Below are positions 30,270 through 40,094 of a stretch of 64,000 nucleotides of DNA, one piece after another (position 1 is the stretch's first letter; every line of letters begins with the position of its first letter). The DNA is from Candidatus Latescibacterota bacterium (GTDB lineage: Bacteria; Latescibacterota; UBA2968), in contig OZ244960.1 of the NCBI GenBank assembly GCA_965222605.1, forward strand, positions 2,080,001 through 2,144,000. The letters are read 5' to 3'. The position numbers were made by a program, and so were the translations under genes. Below the pieces are notes generated by a model. It searched no databases. It saw only the letters and a list, made by a program, of their open reading frames with translations, and was not told the origin of the DNA.

Positions 30270-32123
30270 TTATTTTTTTTTAGGCATAATTCCAGATGGA
30301 GAGTCTCCCGGGTACCAGCGAGCGGCGTTAGTGTTCCCTACTTTGTGGATCTGTCCCTTAATTCTCAGATCTTGAAGTAATTTCTGAACCTGGACGTACG
30401 AGAGAGACGGCAGTACTTGCACAAGTTCCTTCAACTGACTCCCTTCTTTTCGGTTATCGCGAATGTGTTTCAGTAACAACGCCTTGTTTGTCTCGCGGTC
30501 TAACCCACGCTTGCGTGTGTAAGTCCCCGCCTTACCGATGTGCCGATAAAACCGTCGGGAGAGCATGAGCCGCAAGCCCCGCCCGCGTCCTACGCGCTCA
30601 ATGATTCCCTGTTCCAGCAGATGATTAACCCTTGACTGCAGGTCGTCGGGAACAGACTGCTCGCGGTGGACGAGATCAACCACCAAAAAATCGTTGATAC
30701 CGAATGTGGCCACTCGTTCTTGACCAATCTCTTCCAGAAAACGCAGAAACTCGGGGTCTTGAATCTCGCCCTGCAGTGTGAGCGATACGGAATGGGCATC
30801 TGTATGGGAGAAGTCGGGCAACGGCTTGCTTTGTCGGATGCTCTCGCTAAAGATAAAGTCAAATCCTTGCCCGGCGCGTTCGACCAATCCGCATTTGCCA
30901 AGGGCTTCGGCGATACGACGATTGCGCGGATTTTGTTGCCGAAGAATATTGTCAGGTGTGATGCCAAGCGGGAAACCACCGGGGCTGACAATCTCAATGC
31001 GTCGTGGGTACTGTCGAATGAAGACCGATCCTCCATGGCGATAATCGCGGTGACTCACCGCATTCAAGACAGCCTCGCGCACCACACGCTCATTGAAAGT
31101 GGGCACATCCCACACAAAGAGTCCTTGCTGGAACGATTGTCTGTCATTACGCAGGTTAATAAGTCGCCAGATTTCGTCGAGCACTGAGAGAAATCCCTGC
31201 CGGAACTCATGTCGTTCCGCCGCTGGTCCCGGTGCCTCATTGGATCGGTACTCGAAGATGACCTCCGATTGGGCAAGATATTTGCCCAGAGCTTCCCGCT
31301 TGCCAAGCAGGATCAATGCCGCGTAAGTCACCCGGCCATCGACTACCAACTCGGCATCTGACAAGAGTTGCTCTATGGGACGATTCGATATATCCTGGTC
31401 CGACGACTTAGACTGCCAGAGTCGGCGCAAAATCTCCACAGCATTTGGATCGAGATCTCCCAATTGTGCAGACGTACAAATCTCCGCCGAGAAATCGGGA
31501 CCGGACTCGACAAAAATGCGTTGGAGCAAGTCAGGAGTCATTGGAATAAGAGCTTCACCTCCACGCATCCAATACGCACCTTTATACTGTATAGGCATAC
31601 CGATTGAGCGAGAGGGAACCTGAAAGACCAGAACCCGGCCATCTGGATGCTGAATCTCCTCGACATCCATGCGAAGCCGCAACCGTTCAATCAGACCGGC
31701 CTTTGTCTTTTCGAGATTGGGAAAAACCCGGGTGCCAACTACTTTACGCGGCAGTTTATCCGTTACGCCCAATATCATTCTTCCACCGCCTTCATTGGCG
31801 AGGGCCACGCAGTACTTTACCAGGGTCTCAAAGTGGAAATTCTTCTTTGCCTCTTTGAACTCCAAGTGTTCATCTTCCCTGGCGTTCATCTAGGTCTGGA
31901 GTATGTTTTTGCAATGGTTCGGACACTTTTCGATAGATTTTTAACCAGCCAAAAACTCTAAGTTTCTATAAAACAAAGGTTTATAGAATGACCTGTTTTT
32001 TTATCAAACTCAGGGTGCAGACCTAAGTTTAAAATAAAACATCTGGCCTCATCTAACTTGTTGATTTCAAAGAACCTTCTACAGCCAAAAACTGTCCGAA
32101 GTATTGTTTTTGGAAACGGTCAT
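30270..32123 (-). pseudogene. AlbA_2 (Schlafen-like) + HATPase_c_4 (RecG C-terminal-like) + wHTH protein, copy 1; 5' end disrupted
   Basis: EDEHLEFKEA, VALANEGGG, VREAVLNAVSHRDY, SPGGFP, NPRNRRIA, VERAGQG. The original ATG at 32123 is separated by a MITE and a TGG>TAG stop; the remaining ORF is 30270-31889. Confidence 0.85.
31912..32106. mobile_element. 195-bp MITE (IS4-like ends)
   Basis: IRs CAATGGTTCGGACACTTTT / AAAAACTGTCCGAAGTATTG; 6-bp TSD TTTTTG at 31906-31911 and 32107-32112; absent from the paralog at 38563. Confidence 0.88.
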
Positions 32124-32251
32124 GTTGCCTCTTAAAAAACTCCGGTCTGGCTCTAAAATAGCTTAATAGGTTATCGCCGGGTATCCAAGCCGGATAGACT
32201 TTTTGCTGCATACGCTCTGTCAAAAAATCTCAAGTCTCGATTTTTTTCTCC

Positions 32252-33208
32252 TCAGACATCCATCACTTCCCTAACACCTGCAATAATATTATCTCGATCT
32301 GGAAATACATGATCTTCCAACTGGGGCGTGTACGGGATGGGCACATGGAGGGCGCAGACGCGTTTGACCGGCGCTCTCATCTTTGCAAATGTCTCTGCAT
32401 CTTCAGTCGCCACAGCGGCTATCTCGGCTGAGGCACCCGCTGTGGGACCCGCTTCATCGGCAATGACCAGCCGCCCGGTCTTTTGCACAGACGCGCGAAT
32501 AGCATCGCAATCGAGCGGAACCAACGTACGCGGATCCAGCACCTCGACCGAAACACCCTCCTTATCCAGCACTTCAGCAGCCGCCAACGCTTCGTGTACC
32601 AACCAGGCCAACGCGACAATAGTGACATCTGCACCTTCGCATTTGATATCTGCTTTGCCCAGCGGCAGGGCATAAGGCTCTTCGGGAACCTCGCCTGCAA
32701 AATCCATAAGGCGATTGGACTCAAAAGAAATAATCGGATTATCATCCCGAATAACAGTTTTCAGAAGCCCCTTCATATCGTAGGGCGTCGAAGGCAATAT
32801 CATCTTTAACCCTGCCAGATTCATAAACATCGAATAAGGACTCTGCGAGTGTTGCGCCGCAACCCTTCTGCCGCCACCGACCGACGTGCGGAAAGTAATC
32901 GGGAACTTGACTTGCCCCCCGAACATATAGTGGATTTTAGCTGCCTGATTCACAATCTGGTCCATCGCCACAAAAGAAAACGTAACCATACTCCAGTTAA
33001 TAATGGGGCGTAAGCCAGACCCCGCAGCGCCAACAGCAATCCCGGTAAGCGCACCTTCAGCAATGGGCGTGGCGCGCACGCGCTCAGACCCAAACTCTTC
33101 GACGAGCGCATCGGGCGCATCGGTTGACAGATGAAACGTCGTTGGATCGCGCCTCATTTCTTCTACAAGGGCTTCCATCCCGGCCTGTGCATAAGATATT
33201 TTTCGCAT
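32252..33208 (-). CDS. 2-oxoacid/acetoin dehydrogenase E1 beta subunit
   Basis: TPIAEG, AMDQIVNQAAK, AAQHSQS, DPRTLVPLD, KTGRLV. Confidence 0.93.
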   Translation of the reverse strand: MRKISYAQAGMEALVEEMRRDPTTFHLSTDAPDALVEEFGSERVRATPIAEGALTGIAVGAAGSGLRPIINWSMVTFSFVAMDQIVNQAAKIHYMFGGQVKFPITFRTSVGGGRRVAAQHSQSPYSMFMNLAGLKMILPSTPYDMKGLLKTVIRDDNPIISFESNRLMDFAGEVPEEPYALPLGKADIKCEGADVTIVALAWLVHEALAAAEVLDKEGVSVEVLDPRTLVPLDCDAIRASVQKTGRLVIADEAGPTAGASAEIAAVATEDAETFAKMRAPVKRVCALHVPIPYTPQLEDHVFPDRDNIIAGVREVMDV

Positions 33209-33224
33209 AGTATTATCCTCGAGA

Positions 33225-34190
33225 TCACTCGGCAAATACATCTTCGACAGCGGCTTCTAAATCTGGAAATGGACTCTCTTTGGCAAATTGCACCGCATCT
33301 TCAATCCCCGCGAGAATTTCTTCATCCATCTCTTGCCACGCCTCCTGGGTAATACAGCCCTGATCCATCAGACCCGCGACAAATCGCTCAATGGGATCTC
33401 TCTCCTGCCATGCGCGGATCTCGCTTTGTGGCCTTGGATCAGCCCCACCAACCCTTTCCGTATGCCCACGCCAACGATAAGTCTTGCATTCAATCAGCGT
33501 TGGACCCTCGCTATTGCGCGCGCGGGCAACAGCCTCCTGCGCCGCGTCATAAACCGCCGTCACATCATTCCCATCCACAACCACGCCCGGGATATCATAC
33601 CCCGCAGCACGCGCGGCAACATCGCTATACGCCAGCGTGCTCGCCGCCGGAGTACTCGCCGCGTAGAGGTTATTTTCGCAAACATAGAGCATGGGCAACT
33701 TCCACGCCGCAGCGATATTGATCGACTCGTGAAAAGGACCTGCATTTGACGCCCCATCGCCAAAAAACGAGACCGCAACGCGGCCCTTGCCCTCGAGTTG
33801 CGCAGCCAGACCAGCACCCGTAACAATGGGTATGCCACCTGCAACAATGCCATTTGCACCCAGCATACCAATACTAAAATCGGCAATATGCATCGACCCC
33901 CCTTTGCCCTTGCAATACCCGGTCTCCCTCCCATAGAGTTCGGCCATCATGCGCTTCAAATCCGCGCCCTTGGCAATACAATGCCCGTGCCCCCGGTGCG
34001 TACTGATAATCTGATCGTCCGGATTGAGCGCGGCACATACACCTGTGGCAACGGCTTCCTCCCCGATATAACAATGGACCACGCCGTAAATATCACCTGC
34101 GCGATAATCATCAGATGCGCGCTCTTCAAAGCGTCGGATAGTTTGCATAATCCGCAGCATCTCTCGTTGCTTCTCTTGTGTAAAAGCCAT
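33225..34190 (-). CDS. 2-oxoacid/acetoin dehydrogenase E1 alpha subunit
   Basis: STHRGHGH, GKGGSMH, FFGDGA, CENN, TYRWRGH. Confidence 0.93.
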   Translation of the reverse strand: MAFTQEKQREMLRIMQTIRRFEERASDDYRAGDIYGVVHCYIGEEAVATGVCAALNPDDQIISTHRGHGHCIAKGADLKRMMAELYGRETGYCKGKGGSMHIADFSIGMLGANGIVAGGIPIVTGAGLAAQLEGKGRVAVSFFGDGASNAGPFHESINIAAAWKLPMLYVCENNLYAASTPAASTLAYSDVAARAAGYDIPGVVVDGNDVTAVYDAAQEAVARARNSEGPTLIECKTYRWRGHTERVGGADPRPQSEIRAWQERDPIERFVAGLMDQGCITQEAWQEMDEEILAGIEDAVQFAKESPFPDLEAAVEDVFAE

Positions 34191-34203
34191 ACTATATTCT
34201 CCA

Positions 34204-35934
34204 CTATGCGGGTCTATCACCCTTTTTAACCGGCGCTGTTCGACTATCAACGCCCGGCAACATTTTTGATGGATCTCTCGTAACAATAACATCGATAATC
34301 GTAGGGATATTGCGACTGGCAATGCCCTCGGCAAAAGCATCTCGCAACGCCTCGGGATCATCCACGCGAATACCCTGACAGCCGAGCGCGCGGGCTGTAT
34401 TGGCGTAATCGGTCTCGCTCAGATCGCTCGATTGATAGCGCCCTTCATACATATTGTGCTGGAGAGCTTTGACATAGCCCGAAGCCGCATTGTTCACAAT
34501 GGCAAGCGTAAAGCCGAGTTCAAGACGTCGAGCCGTCTCCAATTCGCCCAGCACCATATTGAACCCCGCATCCCCAGTCAAGCCAACAACGGGAGAATCA
34601 CCCGCTGCGAGTTGCGCGCCCATCGTACCCGGCAACCCATAACCGATCGATGCAAATCCGCGGTTGGCAATATACGTGCGCCCAGACCGGGTTGAATTGT
34701 AGAGCAAGCCCGTCCAATGCGCGGCAAATCCACCATCCACAACGAGAATACCGTCTTCGGGCATCGCGTTTTGCAATTCGCGCACTACCCGCGCCATATT
34801 GACGGGTCTTTCGTCAGAAGCATAACGCGGTTCTGCTTCGGCTCGCCAGGCAACCATCCGTTCTGAGATCTCGGTCAGATAAGCCGCGCGCATCTCCTGC
34901 ATCGCCACCCGATCAGAGAATAAACTATCCCGAAGATCGCGCAAGCCCTCAGCCGCATCGCCCCAGAGTGAGACTGTCGTAGGCGTCGTGCGCCCGATTT
35001 CTTCAGCCACGATATCGAGATGAATAAAAGGCACATCGCGCGGAATCAAATCATAGCGTTTCGTGGCGATCTCGCCCATCTTGCATCCAACAGATAGAAT
35101 ACAATCAGAGGACTCGATCAAATCATTGGCAATCCGCGACCACCGACCAAATAACCCAACGCTAAGCGGATGAATACAGGGAATCGCACCTTTGCCACTA
35201 AGTGTTTGCGCGACTGGAATACTAAAAGCCTCGGCAAAACTCTGGAGTTCGCAATACGCCCCAGAAAGATGGACACCACCGCCAGCGAGAATAATCGGCC
35301 GCCGAGCATCGCGCAAGCGCTCCGCCGCGCGCGCAATCGCATCTCGCCCCGGGCGCGGGCGCTGTGCGGGAATACTCAGCGTTTCTGGATCGACAAAAAA
35401 ATCCGCTCTGGGATAATCATACTCCCCATGAGCAATATCTTCGGGAACATCGAGCACAACAGGTCCCGGTCGCCCAGATGTGGCAACAGCGTACGCGCGT
35501 CGCACAAGCTCGGGGATGCGATTGCCGCTCTCGATCCGAATGAGAGCTTTAGCCGCTGGCGCCAGAATCTCCGTCTGACGCGCCTCCTGCGTCATATTCT
35601 TCCATGAATGCTCGCGATTGCTATTGCCCACAACAACAATAAGTGGAACACCCGCATTCAGAGACTCAACCAATCCCGTAACCAGATTCGTCGCCCCAGG
35701 ACCGAGCGTGCCATCGCATATTCCGGGACGACCAGTTACACGCGCCCAGGCATCGGCGGCAAAAATACCACAGCGCTCATCATTGATCAACGTATGTGAA
35801 AGCCCCAACTCGCGCACGGCATCGTAAAAGGGCAAAAGTTGGAACCCCCCCATGCCGAACATAGGCGCCGGATTGTGAAGGTGAAACATCTCAGCAAGCG
35901 CCTGCCCGCCATTCATGTGTACCACTGAAGACAT
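34204..35934 (-). CDS. TPP-binding enzyme (acetolactate synthase large-subunit-like)
   Basis: NDER, TLGPGATN, SGRPGPV, TGDAGF...VNN. Confidence 0.9.
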   Translation of the reverse strand: MSSVVHMNGGQALAEMFHLHNPAPMFGMGGFQLLPFYDAVRELGLSHTLINDERCGIFAADAWARVTGRPGICDGTLGPGATNLVTGLVESLNAGVPLIVVVGNSNREHSWKNMTQEARQTEILAPAAKALIRIESGNRIPELVRRAYAVATSGRPGPVVLDVPEDIAHGEYDYPRADFFVDPETLSIPAQRPRPGRDAIARAAERLRDARRPIILAGGGVHLSGAYCELQSFAEAFSIPVAQTLSGKGAIPCIHPLSVGLFGRWSRIANDLIESSDCILSVGCKMGEIATKRYDLIPRDVPFIHLDIVAEEIGRTTPTTVSLWGDAAEGLRDLRDSLFSDRVAMQEMRAAYLTEISERMVAWRAEAEPRYASDERPVNMARVVRELQNAMPEDGILVVDGGFAAHWTGLLYNSTRSGRTYIANRGFASIGYGLPGTMGAQLAAGDSPVVGLTGDAGFNMVLGELETARRLELGFTLAIVNNAASGYVKALQHNMYEGRYQSSDLSETDYANTARALGCQGIRVDDPEALRDAFAEGIASRNIPTIIDVIVTRDPSKMLPGVDSRTAPVKKGDRPA

Positions 35935-35948
35935 AGAAACTCCACGAA

Positions 35949-36740
35949 TTACTCACTAAGCCTTTCCCCAAATTCCGGAACCGTCATCTCTACAGTAACA
36001 CCCCGTCTTTCCGCCTGTAAATTGACATACGACAGAACACCGCTCTCCCATGCGGAAACCGCATCGCCGATACAGGCGGTCATCGCATCCACTGTACCTG
36101 CGGGAATACCGGCGCGATCCAGAACCTCAAGACGCCGAACACCTGCCCGATCAATGCCGACCCCTGCATCGTTAAACACCGCGCCCCTTGCCTGCGCCGC
36201 GATACCATAATCGGGCCTACCTGCAATCACTCCACCGTGCGATCCAGTAATGATAAATGCACCTGCATCGTCAGGCGCGACGAGTGATGCAGAGTCACAT
36301 GCAATAGTGAGCACAGGCACCTCTTGCAATACAGAGCGCGCTTCCTCGTAGCCCGGTATATCCCCTTCATAAGGTTTGCCATTACACAAAACTTCAGCCG
36401 CTTCTCGACACATCTGCCCTTCTTCACAGCCGAGTAAATGGGCTATTTTATTGCAAAAACTAATGCGCCCGCGTTTGAGCATATCTGCCCCATCTCCAAT
36501 GCGCGCAGACGTATGTGCAATCGTCGCAGCCGGGAGCCCGAGACCTTGCAGATAATCGAGCGACCCAATCCCCGCATTATTTTTTCCAACGCCCGCATCG
36601 TTAAAAATAACGCCCCGAAGACCAGCCAATGCTGCGAGATACCCGCAATACCGCCCCCCGTGAGAAGCGGCAATTAGCACCGTTCCACGCAACTGCGAGC
36701 CGAGCTTTGTAATACTGTCGGCGACTTGAATCGCGTCCAT
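35949..36740 (-). CDS. Conserved hypothetical protein with two internal SHGG...FNDAGVG repeats
   Basis: ASHGG/FNDAGVG/ARIGDG in the first half, GSHGG/FNDAGVG/ACIGDA in the second. Confidence 0.8.
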   Translation of the reverse strand: MDAIQVADSITKLGSQLRGTVLIAASHGGRYCGYLAALAGLRGVIFNDAGVGKNNAGIGSLDYLQGLGLPAATIAHTSARIGDGADMLKRGRISFCNKIAHLLGCEEGQMCREAAEVLCNGKPYEGDIPGYEEARSVLQEVPVLTIACDSASLVAPDDAGAFIITGSHGGVIAGRPDYGIAAQARGAVFNDAGVGIDRAGVRRLEVLDRAGIPAGTVDAMTACIGDAVSAWESGVLSYVNLQAERRGVTVEMTVPEFGERLSE

Positions 36741-36780
36741 AATAGCCTCTAATTGTACTATTGTATATATTTTTTTCACT

Positions 36781-36824
36781 TTTTATACCCATTTTATACC
36801 CATTTTATACCCATTTTATACCCA
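36781..36824 (+). repeat. (TTTTATACCCA)4 11-bp tandem array
   Basis: 4 exact units read directly. Confidence 0.95.
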
Positions 36825-36910
36825 TTTTTTCTATTTTCAAATCTATATAAAACAAATACTTAAAAAATTTATTGCGCCTAACTTATGCCAAACTTATGCT
36901 TTTTGGCCTA

Positions 36911-38563
36911 TTATTTATTTTTACGCATAATTCCAGATGTTGATCCCCCTGGATACCAGCGAGCGGCACTGGTGTTCCCTACTTTATGGATCTGTCCCTT
37001 AATCCTCAACTCTTGAAGTAATTTCTGAACCTGGACGTAAGAGAGGGATGGCAATACTTGGACGAGTTCTTTTAACTGACTCCCTGATTTCCGGTTATCT
37101 CGAATATGTTTCAGTAACAACGCCTTGTTCGTCTCGCGGTCCAATCCGCGCTTGCGCGTATAAGTCCCCACCTTACCGATATACCGATAGAACCGACGGG
37201 AGAGCATAAGCCGCACGCCTCGTCCACGTCCCACGCGCTCAATAATTCCCTGTTCCAGCAAATGATTAACCCTTGATTGTAAGTCGTCGGGAACAGACTG
37301 CTCACGGTGGATGAGATCAACCACCAACAAATCGTCAAGGCCAAATGTGGCGACTTGTTCTTGACCGATTTCCTCCAGAAAACGCAGAAACTCCGGATCT
37401 TGAATCTCACCGTGCAACGTGAGCCATACGGAGTAGGCATCTGTATGGGAAAAGTCGGGCAATGGCTTGCTCTGCTGAATGCACTCGCGGAAGATGCGGT
37501 CAAACCCTTGTCCCGCGCGTTCGACCAATCCGCATTTGCCAAGGACTTCGGCGATACGGCGATTGCGCGGATTTTGTTGCCGGAGAATATTGTCGGGTGT
37601 GATACCGGGTGGAAAGCCACCGGGACTGACAATCTCGATGCGCCGAGGGTACTGGCGAATGAACACCGACCCGCCGTGGCGGTAATCGCGGTGACTCACC
37701 GCATTCAAGACAGCCTCGCGCACCACGCGCTCGTTGAAAGTGGGCACATCCCAAATAAAAAATCCTTGCTGAAAGTGTTGCAGGTCATTGCGCTGGTTGA
37801 TAAGTCGCCATATCTCGTCAAGCACAGTAAGAAAACCCTGTCTAAATTCATGCCGTTCCGCCGCTGGCCCCGGCACTTCGTTGAATCGGTACTCGAAGAT
37901 GACCTCCGATTGGGCAAGATATTTGCCCAGGGCTTCCCGTTTGCCAAGAAGAATCAATGCCGCGTACGTCACTTGATTATCAACGAGCAACTCGGCATCT
38001 GCCAGAAGTTGTTCTATGGGACGGGTCGAAATGTCCTGATCCAATAACTTGCGCTGCCAGAGTTGACGCAGAACCTCCACAGCATTTGGATCGAGATCGT
38101 CCAATTGGGCAGAGGTACAAATCTCCGCCGAAAAATCGGGACCGGACTCGGCAAAAATGCGTTGGAGCAAGTCGGGTGTCATGGGAATAAGGGCTTCACC
38201 TCCACGCATCCAATACGCACCTTTATACTGCATCGGCATACCGATTGGGCGAGAGGGAACCTGAAAGACCAGAACCCGGCCATCTGGATGCTGAATCTCC
38301 TCGACATCAATGCGAAGCCGCACTCGGTCAATCAGACCGGCCTTTGTTTTTTCGAGATCGGGAAAAACCTGGCTGCCAACCACTTTACGCGGCAGTTTAT
38401 CCGTTACACCCAGGATCATCCTCCCACCACGTTCATTGGCAAGGGCGACGCAGTAATTCACCAATTCCTCAAAGTGAAAATTTTTCTTTGCCTCTTTGAA
38501 CTCCAGGTGTTCATCTTCTTTGGAGTTCATCCAGGTTTGCAGTATGTCTATGGAAACGGTCAT
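36911..38563 (-). CDS. AlbA_2 + HATPase_c_4 (RecG C-terminal-like) + wHTH putative DNA-binding/ATP-binding protein, copy 2 (intact)
   Basis: Same motifs as copy 1; start MTVSIDILQTW with AAGAGG RBS. Confidence 0.88.
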   Translation of the reverse strand: MTVSIDILQTWMNSKEDEHLEFKEAKKNFHFEELVNYCVALANERGGRMILGVTDKLPRKVVGSQVFPDLEKTKAGLIDRVRLRIDVEEIQHPDGRVLVFQVPSRPIGMPMQYKGAYWMRGGEALIPMTPDLLQRIFAESGPDFSAEICTSAQLDDLDPNAVEVLRQLWQRKLLDQDISTRPIEQLLADAELLVDNQVTYAALILLGKREALGKYLAQSEVIFEYRFNEVPGPAAERHEFRQGFLTVLDEIWRLINQRNDLQHFQQGFFIWDVPTFNERVVREAVLNAVSHRDYRHGGSVFIRQYPRRIEIVSPGGFPPGITPDNILRQQNPRNRRIAEVLGKCGLVERAGQGFDRIFRECIQQSKPLPDFSHTDAYSVWLTLHGEIQDPEFLRFLEEIGQEQVATFGLDDLLVVDLIHREQSVPDDLQSRVNHLLEQGIIERVGRGRGVRLMLSRRFYRYIGKVGTYTRKRGLDRETNKALLLKHIRDNRKSGSQLKELVQVLPSLSYVQVQKLLQELRIKGQIHKVGNTSAARWYPGGSTSGIMRKNK

Positions 38564-38720
38564 GTGGCCTCTTAAAAAACTTTTGACGGGTTCTAAAATG
38601 GGTTGATAAGTTACCGCCGGATATCCGTGCCGGAACAACAAATGCTGAACAATTTCTGATGAATGCTGTGCAATTTATGGACAGTTATAGCTATAAACAA
38701 GGAATTTACAAAGCGCGTGT

Positions 38721-39229
38721 CTATTCCGGTGGAGAATACGTCTTTGCCGGTGTCGCCCGATAAACCTCGAGCTTCTCCCGATCCAGTCGGTCTCTGATTG
38801 TGCTCAAGTGCGTCTCGATCAAATCTCGCCGGACAGATTCCAGATCAGGATCCTCAAACACATTGTTCAGTTCGCAGGGATCGTTTTGACAATCGTACAT
38901 TTCAACCGGCTTCTCAGATATAAGTGAGTCTTGCCCACCAGGGCAGTATGATAGCCCGCATCGCGCACATTTCGCACATGACTGGGACCGTGCTGATCGG
39001 CCTCAACGATATTCTGCCAGACACCGTGTTCCCGCACATACTGCCCCGTCATCATCGTCGCCCGTGCAGGCATACAAATCGGCCCGTTGGTATAACACTG
39101 GCTAAATACCACCCCTTCGGTCCCCAGACGATCCAGATGTGGTGTTTTGACCACTGGATGCCCAGCGCACCCCACCGCATCACCGCGATGCTGATCCGAA
39201 TATATGAAAACGATATTGGGTTTTGACAT
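38721..39229 (-). pseudogene. Sulfatase with large internal deletion
   Basis: N-terminus (PNIVFIYSDQH, CMPAR, GKTHL) joined out of frame near 38912 to the C-terminus EMYDCQNDPCELNN...SPPE*. Confidence 0.85.
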
Positions 39230-39324
39230 ACACACGCCTCCAGTAAAGAACCCGGTCAACTCCGTCTTGCAATACTTCGATCTGTTCCTATTGCACAAAG
39301 GCGGATAATGCGCTATATTTTTTC

Positions 39325-39594
39325 ATGAAATTTTTGAATTGGAATTTTGATAAGAACAAGCAACTTCAAAAAGAACGCGGCATATCTTTTGAAGAAATAG
39401 CTCTTCTTATTGAAGCGGGTCACATTTTAGGTATTGAAACAAATCCAGGATATCCAAACCAGAAGATATATATCCTCGAAATTAATCACTATGCAATTAT
39501 TGTCCCATATGTTGAAACAGAAACAGAAATTTTCTTAAAAACAGCTTTTCCAAGTCGAAAATTTACCAAAAAATATGGACTAAAGGGGTCATAA
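39325..39594 (+). CDS. BrnT-family toxin
   Basis: WNFDKNKQLQKERGISFEEI ... FLKTAFPSRK. Confidence 0.88.
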   Translation: MKFLNWNFDKNKQLQKERGISFEEIALLIEAGHILGIETNPGYPNQKIYILEINHYAIIVPYVETETEIFLKTAFPSRKFTKKYGLKGS

Positions 39595-39884
39595 TGGACA
39601 AACAAAACAAATTCCAACCGTTAGATGATGAGGAAAAAGAACTCATGGCTTCAATCGAGTCCGACACCTGGCAACCTGTTCCAAATTTTGACGAAGAAAA
39701 ACAAAAAGCCATTGAAGCAGCACGTCGTACATTAAAGAAAGACAAACACATTAACTTGCGGCTTTCAGAAAAAGATTATCGCCAGATACAGATACGCGCT
39801 ATGCAAGAAGGCGTGTCGTATCAAACACTTATCTCAAGCATCGTTCACAAATATCTCAATGGAACGCTCGTGCCCGAAAAATAA
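39594..39884 (+). CDS. BrnA/CopG-like antitoxin
   Basis: LDDEEKEL...INLRLS...EGVSYQTLISSIVHKY; 1-nt overlap with the toxin. Confidence 0.88.
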   Translation: MDKQNKFQPLDDEEKELMASIESDTWQPVPNFDEEKQKAIEAARRTLKKDKHINLRLSEKDYRQIQIRAMQEGVSYQTLISSIVHKYLNGTLVPEK

Positions 39885-39901
39885 ACGATTAGAGAATCTG
39901 C

Positions 39902-39930
39902 TTGACAACATTTTTATATCCATATAGCTT
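39902..39930 (+). promoter_or_regulatory. Sigma70-type promoter of the tRNA
   Basis: TTGACA, 17 bp, TAGCTT, ~40 bp upstream of the tRNA. Confidence 0.6.
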
Positions 39931-39967
39931 TTTGATCGTATCAAGTCGTGTGTTCTTTCAAATTAGT

Positions 39968-40044
39968 GGGCGATTAGCTCAGGTGGTTAGAGTGCTTGCT
40001 TGACATGCAAGAGGTCACTGGTTCAAGTCCAGTATCGCCCACCA
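39968..40044 (+). tRNA. tRNA-Val (GAC)
   Basis: Acceptor stem GGGCGAT/ATCGCCC, anticodon arm CTTGC-TTGACAT-GCAAG, GGTTCAAGTCC T-loop, encoded CCA. Confidence 0.97.
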
Positions 40045-40062
40045 TTTTATCTTTTGTAATAA

Positions 40063-40094
40063 CAAGGGCTTGCAGCTTTCGTGCTGCAAGCCCT
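40063..40094 (+). terminator. Hairpin downstream of the tRNA
   Basis: AAGGGCTTGCAGC-TTTCGT-GCTGCAAGCCCTT. Confidence 0.65.

Noticed and set aside
31890-31892. TAG as a recoded (pyrrolysine/readthrough) codon
   Set aside because: The paralog has TGG and the gene is also MITE-disrupted; other genes in the window use TAG as a normal stop
28532-36824. Tandem arrays as CRISPR
   Set aside because: Units are 9-11 bp, contiguous, with no spacers and no cas genes
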